Assembly: GCA_002104905.1 (NCBI GenBank)
Contig: MCFE01000369.1
Coordinates: 21,420 to 85,419, forward strand
DNA from: Basidiobolus meristosporus CBS 931.73
Lineage: Eukaryota; Fungi; Basidiobolomycota
DNA length: 64,000 nucleotides
Reading direction: 5' to 3'
Position numbers and translations under genes: made by a program. Below are positions 34,873 through 48,400 of this stretch, piece by piece (positions within the stretch are counted from its first letter, which is position 1; every line of letters begins with the position of its first letter). The notes beneath the pieces are model-generated. The model made no database searches. It was not told where the DNA came from and saw only the letters and a program-made list of their open reading frames with translations.

Positions 34873-37800
34873 GTTTTCTGGTTGATAATTTGTCTGGCTA
34901 GGATGGTATTGAGTCTATTCTGGGCTTACAGCTTCAATTGGCAAGAACTGCAACCTTTCCTCATGCTTCCCTGACTCTGGCTTGTGTAGACTGTTTCCCC
35001 TTTACCTTGCCCTTTTTCTCTGCCAAGTCTTTCACTGCTACTTTGTATGAGTACCTCTAGTATTGAACCACATTTTCTCCATGATAAATGCTGCTCTAAT
35101 GCATCTTTCTTGGCCTGCTTGATCCTTGCTGGCACTCTGCAGGCAACCTGACACTTCTTTCCTGCTTGTTTCAGGCTTGCAGCTGTTGCTGTGACAGGTT
35201 CCTTAGAGTGCCACTTATTTTTATCACTGCCAGATCCTTCACTGTTACTATGACTGAGTGCTTCTTGAGTAGAACTATGCTTTTTCCATGGTAAATGTTG
35301 CGCTGCTGCATCTGTGCTAGCATACCAATGCTGGTGCAAAAACTGTTTGCTTTTTTGAGCTCAGGATAATTCTCATGGAGCAAGTCAAGTGTATTCTGCA
35401 TTCAGCTTGGCCTTGAGTTCCAGATGGTCTCATGGTATGCCAGCCTTAAGGTGTTGGCGTGCTAGACTTCTAATTGCCTCTTGAATATTAGCCCACTCTT
35501 GATCATTACACTCAAAAGCTTCTACACCTGGAAATATTAATTGCTCTATACCATTTATTCACTCATCCTGCTTCTAGACTATTTCCTGATTTCTCTGAGC
35601 CATTGCATCTATCCAATTAGCCACAGCACCAAGGGCCTCATTAATACTTAGATATGAGCTGACAACATGCTTGCTAATACAGTTGGTGGTGAGGTTATGA
35701 TGGCCACTTGCTGGTTGCCAACTGAAGGTAATGCTTTTGCTACATTCTCATTTTCCTCAGCAATATGGTCAGCTAGCTTCTCTGCACAGATTCCCAATTG
35801 CCTACTTGATAGAGAGCCTGAGGGGTCTGCATTATTCCCTTCAGTGGGCACACTGTCCACAGGCCTTATTTGGTTATAGCCCCACTTGTTACACTGAATG
35901 TTAAAGGAAGCTGTTGTCCAACTTTTCTTTGGCTGTTATCAGCAGTGGGGCTTGGTTGGGAACCAGACAACTTTGCATCATTTTTTGGCAGCATATATAT
36001 ATAAATCAGTCAAACCAAAAGGGAAATGGTGCTACATATACATGTGTATGCGGTGCCACAACTTTATTAATAATGCTTACAATGGCAGGTCATCATTGGA
36101 TCTTACATTCATGTAGGTGTGATGACTTAAATACAAGCCTGTCTTAAATTTGCATGAGTAGTAATAAAAAAGTGGTATAATAGCATAATGTTGTTGAGTG
36201 GCAAACTTTTTGCGCATGGACAAGATTACTTTGATTTGATGCTGTAAGAGAAGAGAAAAAAGACCATGCAGCTATTGTAGCAAGCCTCTCAGTCACAAAG
36301 TATGCAGACAGCATAGGAAGTATTACAAGGATCATAGCCAGTGTTTTGGCACACAAGTGATATTTGACCAATAACCAGTCACTACTGTACCAACAATATC
36401 TTGCTAGCCTCTTGATACTTCTTTAATGGCATCTAGCTGTACTTGTCACCTTGCAGAAACTGAGTCAGGAAAGTTTGTGACACCTTTGGGCTCACTCCAG
36501 CTTTCTGAATATGGCATGCGGAGTGATGGCTATGAAGAAGCAGGCTCACTGATGCATTGTGAGCCTATCTTCCCTCACAACATTACCCTGCATGAGCCTG
36601 GCAAGATACCATTATGTAATATGACAACACCTGTGGAAAAAAATGCCAAAGATACCTTATGGAGTCAAGTGAGCCCAGCAATCCATCTATTGGTAATTGA
36701 TGTGATGTTTTAGCTACAGAAGTGGTGCATTACCACTGATATCAGTAATGGGGGCTTTGAGGATCTACTACTGCTTCTTGACAAAATCATCCCAGGATGC
36801 ATCCAACCATGTACATGGTATAAATGGAAAACTGTCATGCAGCTGGCAACATATGACCCAGAGACCATCCTGATACCAGCATATTTCAACAGTTGCACGG
36901 TGTTCACATGAGAAAAGCCACCATTGCAAGGTGCCCAATTTGTCAGGAATCCACCACCAATGGGGGGAAACATTGTTCACACTCTGGATATTTTCCATTA
37001 ATACCTTATATAAAGAAGCTCATGCAGACCAACAAATACTGTGAGATTATAAAGTATTACACTCAGTATCAATCAAGTGCAAATATATCAGATATATTTG
37101 ATGGCAAACATTACAACAGCTAAGAAGCAAGGGCTACTTTAAAGGTATGTATGCCAGTGCCTTTGCCTTGGCACTTGATGAACTATCATTAAACAAGGAC
37201 TCTACCAGCAAATTCTGCTGGCCACTGATTATTATCAACCTGAATCTGCTACCTAACTTGTGGTACCAGAGCCAAAATCTGATTGTAGTTTAACTGATAT
37301 CAGGGCCTAAATCACAGACCTTGTTCAGCAACTGTATCCATTCTCTACTCCATCTTGCATGGTGTGTGGAGAATATTGGGCCTTGCTTGACCTTTTGGGA
37401 GTTTCCTATGGAGCGGATGAGTGGGGAGATAGGAAGACAAGTCAGGTTTCAGGTACTACTATATCCCAATCTTATTACAAATATTACCCTCAAGTCTGTC
37501 ACTAGAATCCAGCAGGGAGAAGGAGTATTATGGCTGAACACCAAGAAATTCTTTGAAGATATTCAGGAGGTATCAAAGGCAGAAGTGGTGGCCAGTAAGC
37601 ATATGTATGCCAGATGTGTATGTTATTAGCAATACAAGATATATGGTAACTTTGCAAGCATTGCACTAAAAGGTTGTCAAGTTGAGGCGATAGAAGTATG
37701 TCAATTGTGGTAGGTTTGTGCATTTGCAGAGGCTAGTAAGCAGGAGGCCATATTACTTTTTGATTCAAACTATATGTGGTATACCCAAAGTAGTTGTGGG

Positions 37801-38221
37801 TAAGCAAATAAAGGGGGGTGATATTACAGTGGAATACATGAATTGTGTAAGGGGAGGTAGAAAAAGAAAATATCATTTGGTAAATTGATATGGTAGCATT
37901 ATATAGAACTAGCTTTAGGCACCCTTACTGCTGTGATAATGCTATCAGAGGCTTCCAAAGAGGCCATCAAAACACTGTCAAGTCTTTTGCCATATAAGAC
38001 AATTGGATGTACTGGCTGATTAGATCCACTCAAATAGTTGTAAAGTGCACTAATACTGCAACAATTTCATGCCACCCTTAGCAAAACACTGTACAAATAC
38101 CATTTAATTTAACAACTTTATATTGCTGTAAAATTTCCAAAACACAGTTGTGATCTCATCACAAGATTATGTCAATGGTCATTAGTTCCAAGCTACTGGT
38201 ATTATGGCAGTCTCCTGATGG

Positions 38222-39025
38222 GATCAGTTGCCACAGCTGTATGCCTTGAAAGTAAGAGTTGTGACAGAACACTTTGTGAATCTACTCCAGTTGAGGTATA
38301 GTATGGATTCAAACCCAGTGCAAAACATTCAAAAATAATTAGTTGTAACACATTTGCCAAGAAACTGTCCAGATATCAAGTATATATGACTCAAGAAGTG
38401 TAAAATACATATTTTGGGCTACTGCAATGAGAGTAAGGTATCAAGACCCTGCAACACCAAAGCAAAAAAGAACATGAAGTTCAGGGATGTATTATCTGAT
38501 AAAAATTAGTAATATTGACAGAAAAATAACTTCAGATGATGACTACTATGTGATCTTAAGTCCACCAATAGAGAGCTTTGAATCAGAGTAAAGCAATGCA
38601 ATTCTTCACTATAGAGGACTCTACTGCCACGGTTTAGCCAAGATCAGTGCCTAGGAAAATTGCAGAAGTGATCATTCCAGTATCATAAACCAGGTGATCC
38701 AACTGAATCCAGAATAGCTCAGATTGCAACATCAATGAGGTCACAAACTTAGCCTATTGCTATTCAGTGCATATAGCTGGGCCTCAGACTGATTGGGGAC
38801 AGAACTTAGAAGACAGAAGATCCAACACAGAAAAAACCTTTCTTTACTGTACAGGAGCAATTTCCTGGAACCCATGAAAGCAACCAGCCATTGCACTTTT
38901 GGCCACAGAGGCTGAGTATATGGCAGCCTGTGAGGCTACAAAAGAAGTATGGTGACTAAGGAAGCTGTTTACAAATTTACAATTAAGTCAAAAAATGACT
39001 ATTATATTATATCAAGATAATCAAG
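38222..39025 (+). mobile_element. Heavily decayed Copia fragment (IN C-terminus fused to RNase H; RT deleted)
   Basis: agttgccacagctgtatgcc.. (IN) is joined at about 38790 to attggggacagaacttagaagacagaag (RH). Ends at caagataatcaag, where a CACTA TIR begins. Confidence 0.75.
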
Positions 39026-39714
39026 CCCTATGAGAAGTTATTATGATGGACCCATCAGAAGCCCATAATAAATTCCAAGTCCTGTAACAAAGAGCTGTTG
39101 ATCCCATCAGGACACTGAACAAAGACTGTCAAAAAATAATTACACCCCAGCATTGAAAAAAAACATAGTCAAAGATTTTTGTCACAATGATATGAAAGTG
39201 GCTTTTGATTGGTTCTCTGTCAATCTTCTCACTTCCTGATCCCAGACACCCTATAACCTCCTACACTTGTGTACATTGATTGGCTATTGCCTCTTTTTTA
39301 CACTTCTTACTACCTGACTCAACTGTTGCTCTGATTTTTCAAGCATAGAAATTGATTTATTTCTGCCAAAACTTCAGTTGTACCTCAATTGCCAATTGTA
39401 TTGGCCTATACAGTCCCTATACGGTACACAAACCTTAAGCCCAACCCCACATTCAACAAGTAAGTCCATTAAGATCCACAACTCAATAAGTATTTCTGCA
39501 GCAATGCTCTGTTTCCATGACTTTGGCAGGAACCCTATGGCTTAATGCCATTGTTCATTCACTGGTTCCCATACATCCTGGTCTTCTGCCAGCACTGCAA
39601 GGTTTAGGACCTCATCTGCCAGTCTTTGCAATAAATCCTTGCAATATTCAAGTGTGTGTTCCAGAGTACTGCTGCTGAAGAAGTGCAGCAACCTATTGGT
39701 GTGCCAATTAATAT
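39026..39714 (+). mobile_element. CACTA left end and subterminal region
   Basis: CCCTATGAGAAGTTATT at 39026; colinear with 28948-29630. Confidence 0.8.
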
Positions 39715-42056
39715 CCCTACACAAAATAATCTGGTCCCATTGGTGGATCCAATCCAGATCAGCGATTAGAATCCCATTTGGAGACCATCATAATACCAGC
39801 AGCTAGGAATTAGTGACCCTCTTAACAATCTAATGATGGGATCACAATGGCACCTACCATATCAGTTAACCAAATGGTATTTCCTTTTTTACCACCTCTT
39901 GTTCCATTCATATATTCCACTGTAGAATCACACCTCTTTATTTGCTTACACACCACTACTTTGGGTATTCTGCATAAAGTTAGAGTCAAAAAAACCATGG
40001 CCTCCTGCTGACTAACCTCTACAAATGCACACACATGCTGCAATTGACATACTTCTATCACTTCAACTCTATGGTATTTTAGTGTGATACTTGCAAAGTT
40101 GCCATATACTGTGTACTGCTGGTAACATATACATCTTGCAAACATATGCTTGGTTGTTGCCACTTCTATGATGAGTACTTTCTGAATATTTGCAAAGAAC
40201 TTTTTGGTATTTAGCCAATATATTCCTTCTCCCTGCTGCATCCTAGTCCCACTTATAGGTGTGCTCTGGTGCTTGTTTGTGTGAATTCTGCATTAAATAG
40301 TCCAGAAGTTGGCTTGTGACTATGAGATACCAGCATACCTTGCCACCTCTTCCTGGCTGTCCTCCATGTGTCAACTCATCACATGCATGATGGACTTGAA
40401 GGTAATATTCTTAATGAAACTGTGATAGGGTGGTACCCGCAACTTGACTTGTCTTTCCATCTTCCCATACAACTGCTCCATAGGAAGCTCCCAAAAGGTG
40501 AAATAAAGTCAAATATTCTTTACACAGCAAGCAAGATAGAGTACAGAATGGATACAGTAGCGGATGATAACTACACATTCAGCTTTATGTTTGTAGTACA
40601 GCCACTCAAATGATATTACAAACTCCTTGCACAACTGCTGCTTATGCATAAGCTGGCATTGGTGATTTGCTTGTGGATAAATAATTCATCAATGTCCACA
40701 TATGACATTCAATGATTCCAATGCACTGTTGGTAGAAATTGCTTCAGAATGCCACTTGTATAAATACATATCCAGTTCATCCATTCTTTGCAATTGTATT
40801 GTTCTATATGGGTATAAATAATGATTAAAGCCCATAAGAAGTGCTTGGGGGAGCTCTCCTAACTACAGTTGAGAGCTCAAAACCAGCAGGAAAGAAGCAT
40901 CAGGTTGCCAGAAGAGTGCCAACAAGGGACAAGCAGGCTTAAACAGATGAGTCAGAGCAGAATTTATTAAGGAGAAAACATAGTTCATTACAAGAAGCAC
41001 TCAGACAAAGTAGCAGTGAAAGACTTGACTTTGATAACAGAAAAGGTAAAGGGGTAAATGTCTACCCAAGCATGAGACAGGGAAGCATGCAAAAAAACTG
41101 CAGTTCTGGCCAGTTAACACCGCAAGCCTAGAACAGACTGAATCCCATCATTCCCAAGAAGTATTGCCAACAAGAAAACAGCTGTTTTCACAAGAGTTGG
41201 AAGTGCAGCCAGTTGAGCTACACTCCAGTAAGGTAGATGAGATTGCAGAAATAGGCAATTTGTCTACCACATCCTTCACATCCTCCATTGTTGACAGAGT
41301 GGAGATACCACTGACAGACAAGGCTACAATATCAAGAACTCAAAAGACTATCATGATGCCTTCAGTGGGGTTTTGGAACATTACTAGGCACACCAAGAGG
41401 TTGCAGCACTTCAAGAACAGTGCTCAAGAAGACACACTTGAATATTGCAACAATCTATTGTAATGACTGGAAGAGGAGGTGCTAGACCTAACAGTGCCAG
41501 CTGAAGACCAGGCCATGTGGAAACCAGTGAACAAACAGTGGCATAAAGCTACTGGGTTCCTGCCAAGTCATAGAATCAGAGTGTCTCAGCAGAAATACAT
41601 ATTCAGTGGTAAATTTTAATGGGGTTACTTGTTGAGTGTGGGGTTGGGCCTAATGTTAGTGTAGGGTATAGGTACTTGCATTGGTCAGTACAATTGGCAA
41701 TGGAGGTATAACTGAAGCTTCAACAGAAATAAGTTAATTTGTATGTGTGAAAAGTAAGAGAAATGGTTGTGTCAGGAAGTAAGGAGTGTGAAAAAGAGGC
41801 AATAGTCAATCAATGCACACAAATGTAGGAGGTGATAGAGTGTCCCGAATCAGAAAGTGAGCATATTGGCAGGGAACCAATCAACATCTACTCATATATT
41901 GTTGTGATGAATAATTTTGACTAAATCTTTGGTGAAATCTGGGGTGTAATTATTTATCAGCAGTGTCATAGCCCTTTTGAGTGTAGTTCACTTAAGGCAC
42001 TGAATGTCAAAGTAAACAGCTGTGCAACCATTCTTCTATTATTGTCTGCAGTAGGG
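39715..42056 (-). mobile_element. Internally deleted CACTA copy, reverse orientation
   Basis: Right-type end CCCTACACAAAATAATCTGGTCCC at 39715; transposase 3' remnant to about 40850; ORF2 region 40860-41900; probable diverged left end (TAGGG) at 42056. Confidence 0.65.
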
Positions 42057-42192
42057 TTTAGTTGGGAACCCAATAGCATTGCCTTATGTTTTGGCAGCAA
42101 ATAAAAGGAGGTTTCAAATGTGGTAATTCTACCTAAATACTCACCCAACACAGTCCCTTAGATCAATGCAAATAAATCTTGGAGAACACCTT

Positions 42193-42480
42193 TCCTACAA
42201 AAAATAATTTGGTCCCATGGGTGGATCTAATTTGAATCAACCATCAAGTTCCCAAAATGAAGCTGCCATAATGCCTGCAGCTTTAAGCTACTGAAACTCC
42301 TTATGATCTTATGATGGGATTGTGATGGTGTTTTGCCAAATCTACTGCTTGATAGGCTAGGAAACTTAACACTACTATAATGGTCCTGCATTGATATTTT
42401 TACATGCACTACTCAGTTCTATGGCAGCCTACATATGTTTCAGAGGACTTGGCCATCTTGTACATGCAGTAACCATATTT
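42193..42480 (-). mobile_element. CACTA right end fragment
   Basis: TCCTACAAAAAATAATTTGGTCCC..GGTGGATC, matching 19742 onward. Confidence 0.65.
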
Positions 42481-42489
42481 GACAAAACT

Positions 42490-43625
42490 GATCAGTAATT
42501 GTGGTGCAAAAGTTCATAATTGAACCTAAATACTCACACCACTTAGTAACTTGGATCATTACCTACCAGGTCTTAGAGTATATTGATGGAATCCCTTGTT
42601 GGGACTTAACTTGAATAAATTCACCAAAGTAACATGTACTCAGAGTATAGAAATTGTCAAAGTTGTCCAAACAGCCCCAAACCTTTTGCACATCTTCCTG
42701 AGTACTTCCTAAGCCTATTCTAAGAGCTTGTTAGGTCACAATCAGGTATATGTGTAGATACCAATCTTACAATTAGTAAATCATTGAGTGAAAATCACAT
42801 ATTCAACTTGTTCTCCTAGTCACTTCCAATATCTCCAAGACTTGGCAACAAGCTATGGGTCTCCTGCTGTCACTCTCTGCAAAGTTTCCAACCACTCTTG
42901 CTAGAACTTTTCTCTCTGCTAAGAAGTTTGATGGATCTATAAATTATAAATAAGGGAGAGGAAGCCTTGAAGTACCATAAGAGAGAGCAAAGTGCCTTCA
43001 ACTGTATTTTCCTTAATGTAAAAGACAAATTACTTAGTCAGAGCTCAACAGCATAAATAGCAAAGAAGGTAAGGGAGACATACATAGACATGAACCAGTT
43101 ATGCTAAGCTGCTAACAAAATGTATCCTAGACAAAGATTCTTCACTACAGAGATGCCAGCAGGAGTAGAAATGAAGAATCTGATTTAGAGAATTATCCTG
43201 CTAGTGGATGAGATGAAATCTGCCAGCATACCAACTACTGATGAGAATGTGATAGCTGCCATCCTGAATAGCCTGGCAGGCATGTTTCAGGGTCTTGTAT
43301 CAGCTCTCAAGTCCAGAACTCAAGATCTACCTTAAAATACTTCTATGGAAGGCTCCTGGATGAAGAATTAAGTAATCAAGTAACACAAAAAGGAAAAAGA
43401 AAATGCTTGAATAGTCAGTGATGACAAAAAAGAAGATATTCAAGACCCTCTAAAGGCAATAGAAGCCTCTTTTGCCATTACTGCAAAAGTAAAGGATACA
43501 CATCAGAATGGTTATTCATAAAGAGAGGTGTTCAGCCAAACAAGCCTGAATATGAAAATGCTGCAGCAACCAAAGACAAACTATTTATATCTTCCCTATG
43601 AACAACCACAAACAAGGACTCTCAG
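42490..43625 (+). mobile_element. Old degenerate Copia 5' LTR and gag
   Basis: LTR motifs aagttgtccaaacagccccaa and cacttccaatatctccaagac..caaca; eroded PBS (agctatgggtc); gag remnants colinear with 12500-13350. Confidence 0.75.
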
Positions 43626-43969
43626 ATGTGATGTCATGCAATAACATTCAAAACTTGGCAAATTTTACTCCATTTCAAAATCTATCACCCTCATTGATTT
43701 TCCCTAATCCAAATATAACTGATTGCCCACATGGTGTGTTTTGTTCCATCTCAGATTCTGATATTAGCTATCACTACTGATCAAATTTCATGTGTTCATT
43801 ACATCCCCAATCTGGTCTGTTTAGCCCTTCCAGGTGATTAGTCATCTACAATCTATCCAACCACTTAGCAGCTATCAGGACATCAGCTGATTGATGATGC
43901 AAGTTTTGTTTTCTTTATGCACCTATCAACACCCAAGCTGATTTAAATCAATCCAGTCCCTGGGCACAT

Positions 43970-45036
43970 TGTAGTGGGGTGACAGTGACACCCACTGACA
44001 GATGTGCTCATTCCCTTCTTTTCTACTTTCCTATATCTCTACTTCAGTTATTTTAGTTTTATCCCATTTGTCTTACCCAATCAGTACTATCCCATAAGCT
44101 GGTTGACTATCACACCTGCTTACCTTATTGCATAAGTTACCCCTCACTTTATGTAGATTACTAGCTGTAAGTGCTTTTATATTAGGCAAGTACCCACGCC
44201 AGTACCCGTGACACATGATCAACCTGTGTTACCATCCCTACCATTTCCATACCATATATGGTATCCCCATGTTACACAGGTTTCAGAATACTGATTACTG
44301 ATTGGTTGGATGTGCTGTGCCTCTTAGAACCTTCCGGCACCTACTTAGAACCTCCTTAGGTCATTCTGATGTCATTAAGATTTCTATTGATATTTGGAAC
44401 CTTCTGGAGCACCATGATTAGTAATTACTTAGCTAGTAAGAAAAGTATATAAGGGAGGCTATCCCTCAACAATAAATCATCATCCTCTTTATCAATATAC
44501 CAACTTGTTGATTAGTGTGATCACTGCTACCTGCTGCTACCTGAACTTCCAACCCCAGACCACAGGACACTCCCAGGAAACCACGCTGACAGCCAACTGA
44601 CCTTGGAGGCACTACTTGTGAGGAACACTCAGAGTAGGTATCTTTTATTATATTTGATTCTTTCCCAAGTTTGTTCTTGTACAGGCAAAGATACTTTTCT
44701 GTCTTTGTAACTATTGACCACAGCTGCATTCTTATCAAGTCCCTGCTGGTGGAGTTTACAGTTGTTTTGACTTTGGAAGCTTTAGTACATTGTCATCTCA
44801 AAGGATGCTGAACCCAGCACATACTTTTGTTAAGACGCCAACTAAGTTGGGGATTATAGCTCAATAGTTTCTCCTTGACAAGCTTGTGGCTTTATTCCCC
44901 TTCACATTAGATTAGAGACAGAACCCAAGTATTCCTAGCAAGCTTTTGCCAGAGGTTATTGCACCCAGTGAACACCCCACACATAAAACATTGAGAAGTG
45001 TTGGACGTATCTCTCCCTTGGACCTATACACCACCA
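43970..45036. repeat. Probable solo LTR of a second LTR family (homologous in reverse to 56355-57154)
   Basis: 44170-44340 is the reverse complement of about 56790-56950, and 44450-44490 matches about 56640-56680 in reverse. The end cctatacaccacca matches the reverse of tggtggtgtagagg. TSD not convincing. Confidence 0.6.
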
Positions 45037-45455
45037 CAACATACTAACTTAACTTGATAAAGAAGGTATAAATAAAGCTTACTGAGCCTAATAGTTTATG
45101 TGTGTTTCAACAAAATCAAGATTGTGTCTTATTAATATTGAGAATTCAACAACTTTGCTTGAGTTTCTACCCAAGCCTATCCTATCTAGCACTCTCAAGA
45201 ATACCATGCCAAGCCTGCATGGCAAACTAACTCTGCTGCCTTTGTAGCCAAACCCAGCTATATACAAGACCAATATTAAACCAGAGTCTTTCTGCTAATA
45301 TCTCCTCCACTCTCTGACAAATCCATGACTCTGAGCTTAGTTGACCACTAGGTTCAGTTAAGCCATACAGGAGATTTGTTCCACTTTTCTCTTGGATACA
45401 ACATGTGGCATATCAAATCTGCAGCATATCAGCACTATACACCAAAAGACCTCTT

Positions 45456-48400
45456 TGTTGTAAAAGTCTTGAAGATTCTGGAGGTGATTAGAGAGCAAGT
45501 AGATTATATGTAAGTAGATTTTGTGGTTTTCACTTAATGATCTATTGAATGTAATAGTAGTATCCATACATTTACTTGATCTTGATATAACAAGCACATA
45601 GAAAGTGTCAATTATAGTGCCAAGAGTATGTGTACAAAGGTTAAAATGCTTGACAACTTTGAAGATTTTCTTTCTCTGAGGACCTTGTATTTTGGTGAGA
45701 GTATTCAAAGTAAATCACAGCAAGGAACTTGGTCAGTTACTCTCAAAGATTGGTAGGTAATGTTCTAAGTGGCTACATCAAGTAAATATTTAGATGGAAT
45801 TACAGATTTTACAACAATACTACGCATCTAAATGTTTATACTGGCTAGTCCTAATTTTGACCTAAGGTATTCAAATTTCTATCTAGCTTAGTGTTTGGAA
45901 AATATGTCTGCAATTAACAAAGTCATTCCCTATAGCTTCACATGTAAAATGATATTCAATATCTAAGTACCTTGTTCTAGTGTGAAAAGTGGGACTTTTA
46001 CCTCATGTATGCATGCTTGTCCTATGAAAAATAATTGCAAAGATCTTGTCAAAGGGTTATCAGAAAATTAAAGTCCCAGGACTAGGAGGTATTCATCCTG
46101 TCAGGACACTATGAAAAGACCATTGAAGAGTAACAACACCCCAGATTTCACAAAAACGGTCAAAATTTTTCATCACAACAATACTTAACTGATGTTTGAT
46201 TTGTCCTCTACCAATCTTCTTGCTTTATGCTCCTGACTCTCCACCATCCCCAATGTTGGTGTTGTTCATTGAGTATTGCCTCTTTTTCTCACTCCATACT
46301 ACCTGACTTAACTGCTTCTCTGCAAAGACACCATATTCTCTACCTGGGATATTTATTGTTCTGCATGCATTATCCACTCATCCTATCTAGGACTATTTCC
46401 TGATTTCTCTGGTACATTGCATCTATCCTATCAGCCACTGTACATAATTGCCTCATCAATGCTTTGGTATGAGCGGACAACATATTTGATAGTACAGGTG
46501 ATGGCAATGGTATGACAGCCCCTTGCTGGTCTTCAACCAAGGATACTGCATTTGCTACATTCTCATCCTGCCTGAGCATTATGGTCAACTTGTAGCTCCT
46601 CAGAGATTCTCATTTGCCTAATTGATTGATGGCCTGAGAAGTGTGTGTTATTATCTTTGGTAGGCACACCAACAACATGGTCATTTTTGGATGTAATGCT
46701 GCTTGTGGCACTAAATGTCAGAGCAAGCTGTTGTCCAACCATTCTTTTGCTGCAGTCCATGGTGTGGTTTGGTTGGGTACCAGACACCTTTGCATCATTT
46801 TATGGCAGCATATATATGGAAGCAAGTCAAACCAAAGGGGAAGTAGTGGTATGTATACATGTGTATGTGGTGTCAAGACTTTATCTTTGATGCTCACTAT
46901 AGCAGGTCATCATTGAATCTTAAATTCATGTAGGTGCAATGTATCAAACTCAAGACTGTCTTAAATTCACATAAGTATTGACAGAAAGGTGGTATAGCAG
47001 TGTGAAGTTGTTGCATGTCAAACTGCTTGCCCCATGAAGAGGACTACTTTGATTCAGAACCTTGATAGCGGAGAGAAGAGACCCTGTGCAATATCTTACT
47101 GGCCTCTTTATACTTTCACATTGGCACCTAGTCATGCTTTTTGCCTTGCACCAATTACATCTGGTTAGTTTGTAACATCTTCAGGCTCTCCACAGCCTTC
47201 TAAAATTGAAGCACAGAGTGATAGCTCTGAAGAAGAAGGCTCACTAATGGGTTGTGAGCCTATCTCCCCTAACAACAGTACTCAGCATGAGCCTGACCAA
47301 ATTCCAATATGCAATGGGACAGCACCTGCCAAAAATGATAAGGATACTTTATAGGGCCAAATGTGCCCAGTAATCTATTCAATGGAAAATGATGTGATGT
47401 TGCTGCAGAGAAGTGGTATGTTTGCACAAATATCAATAATGTGGGCTATCAGGATTTACTATGACTTCTGGCTAAAATCATTGCAGGATGCAATCTATTA
47501 TATTCATATTACAAATAGATAACTGGTATGCACCTGCCAACCTACAAACCTGATCCCATTGTGATACCAGCATGTGTTAACAGTTATATGGCACTCACAT
47601 CAGAAAATGCCACCATTGCAGGCATCCAACTTGTCAGGAGTCTACCGTCAGTGGAAAAACATTGTACACACTCTGGATATATTCCAGTAATACCCCATCT
47701 ACAGAGGCTTATGCAGTCCTACAAATATTCTGAGCCTATAGAGTACCACACAGAGTAAGAATCAAGGGCAGACATTTCCAAATTATTTGACAACAAACAT
47801 TATGTACAACTAAGAAGCATGTCTACTTTCAAGGTATGTCTTACCATGCCTATGCCTTGGCACTTAATGGATACTGATTAAGCAAGGACTCCACCAGCAA
47901 ATCACACTGATTCTCCTCAACCATAATCTGTGGCATATCTTGCAGCATCAGAGCGGAAATCTGATGGTACTTTTGCAGGTATCTAGGCCTAAATCACCAT
48001 CCAACCAGAACAGCTACCTGTATCCACTGCTGGATTAATTTTGTATGCTGTCCAGCTGGATACTACTAAACAATGATTATATCAAAGCTCAAATTATTAT
48101 TGGCATTGGAGATATCCCAGTCATAAGCAAGATAACCAGCCTTTCTGGGGACACTGGATGGTATTGCTGTGAAATGTATGATATCCAAGGGATTTACTTC
48201 ATAACCCGCACCCATTATCATTATCTAAATTCCAACACTAAGAACATCATCTTCCCACAGAGGGAATGTATATAAGTCAACCTGTATTTACAGCAAAGTT
48301 GGCAAAAACTGAGCCATTGACCAGTATATGGATTCAGTAGGAAACTGAAGTTACTCAAGATAGCAGGTACATGTAAGAGCAAATGCTTTCCACTGGGAGC

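Larger units (their letters stand above)
28948..38221 (+). mobile_element. Long CACTA copy (left TIR, ORF2 region, decayed transposase at about 36600-37700) interrupted by a full Copia and a solo LTR; right TIR missing
   Basis: Left end CCCTGAGGAAAATT at 28948, with a subterminal region shared with 39026, 46020 and 42056 (reverse). The sequence across both insertions matches the uninterrupted homologue at 41170-41290 (reverse). Transposase motifs HCSHSGYFPLIPYIKKLM and IHSLLHLAWCVENIGPCLTFWEFPMERMSGEIG. Confidence 0.75.
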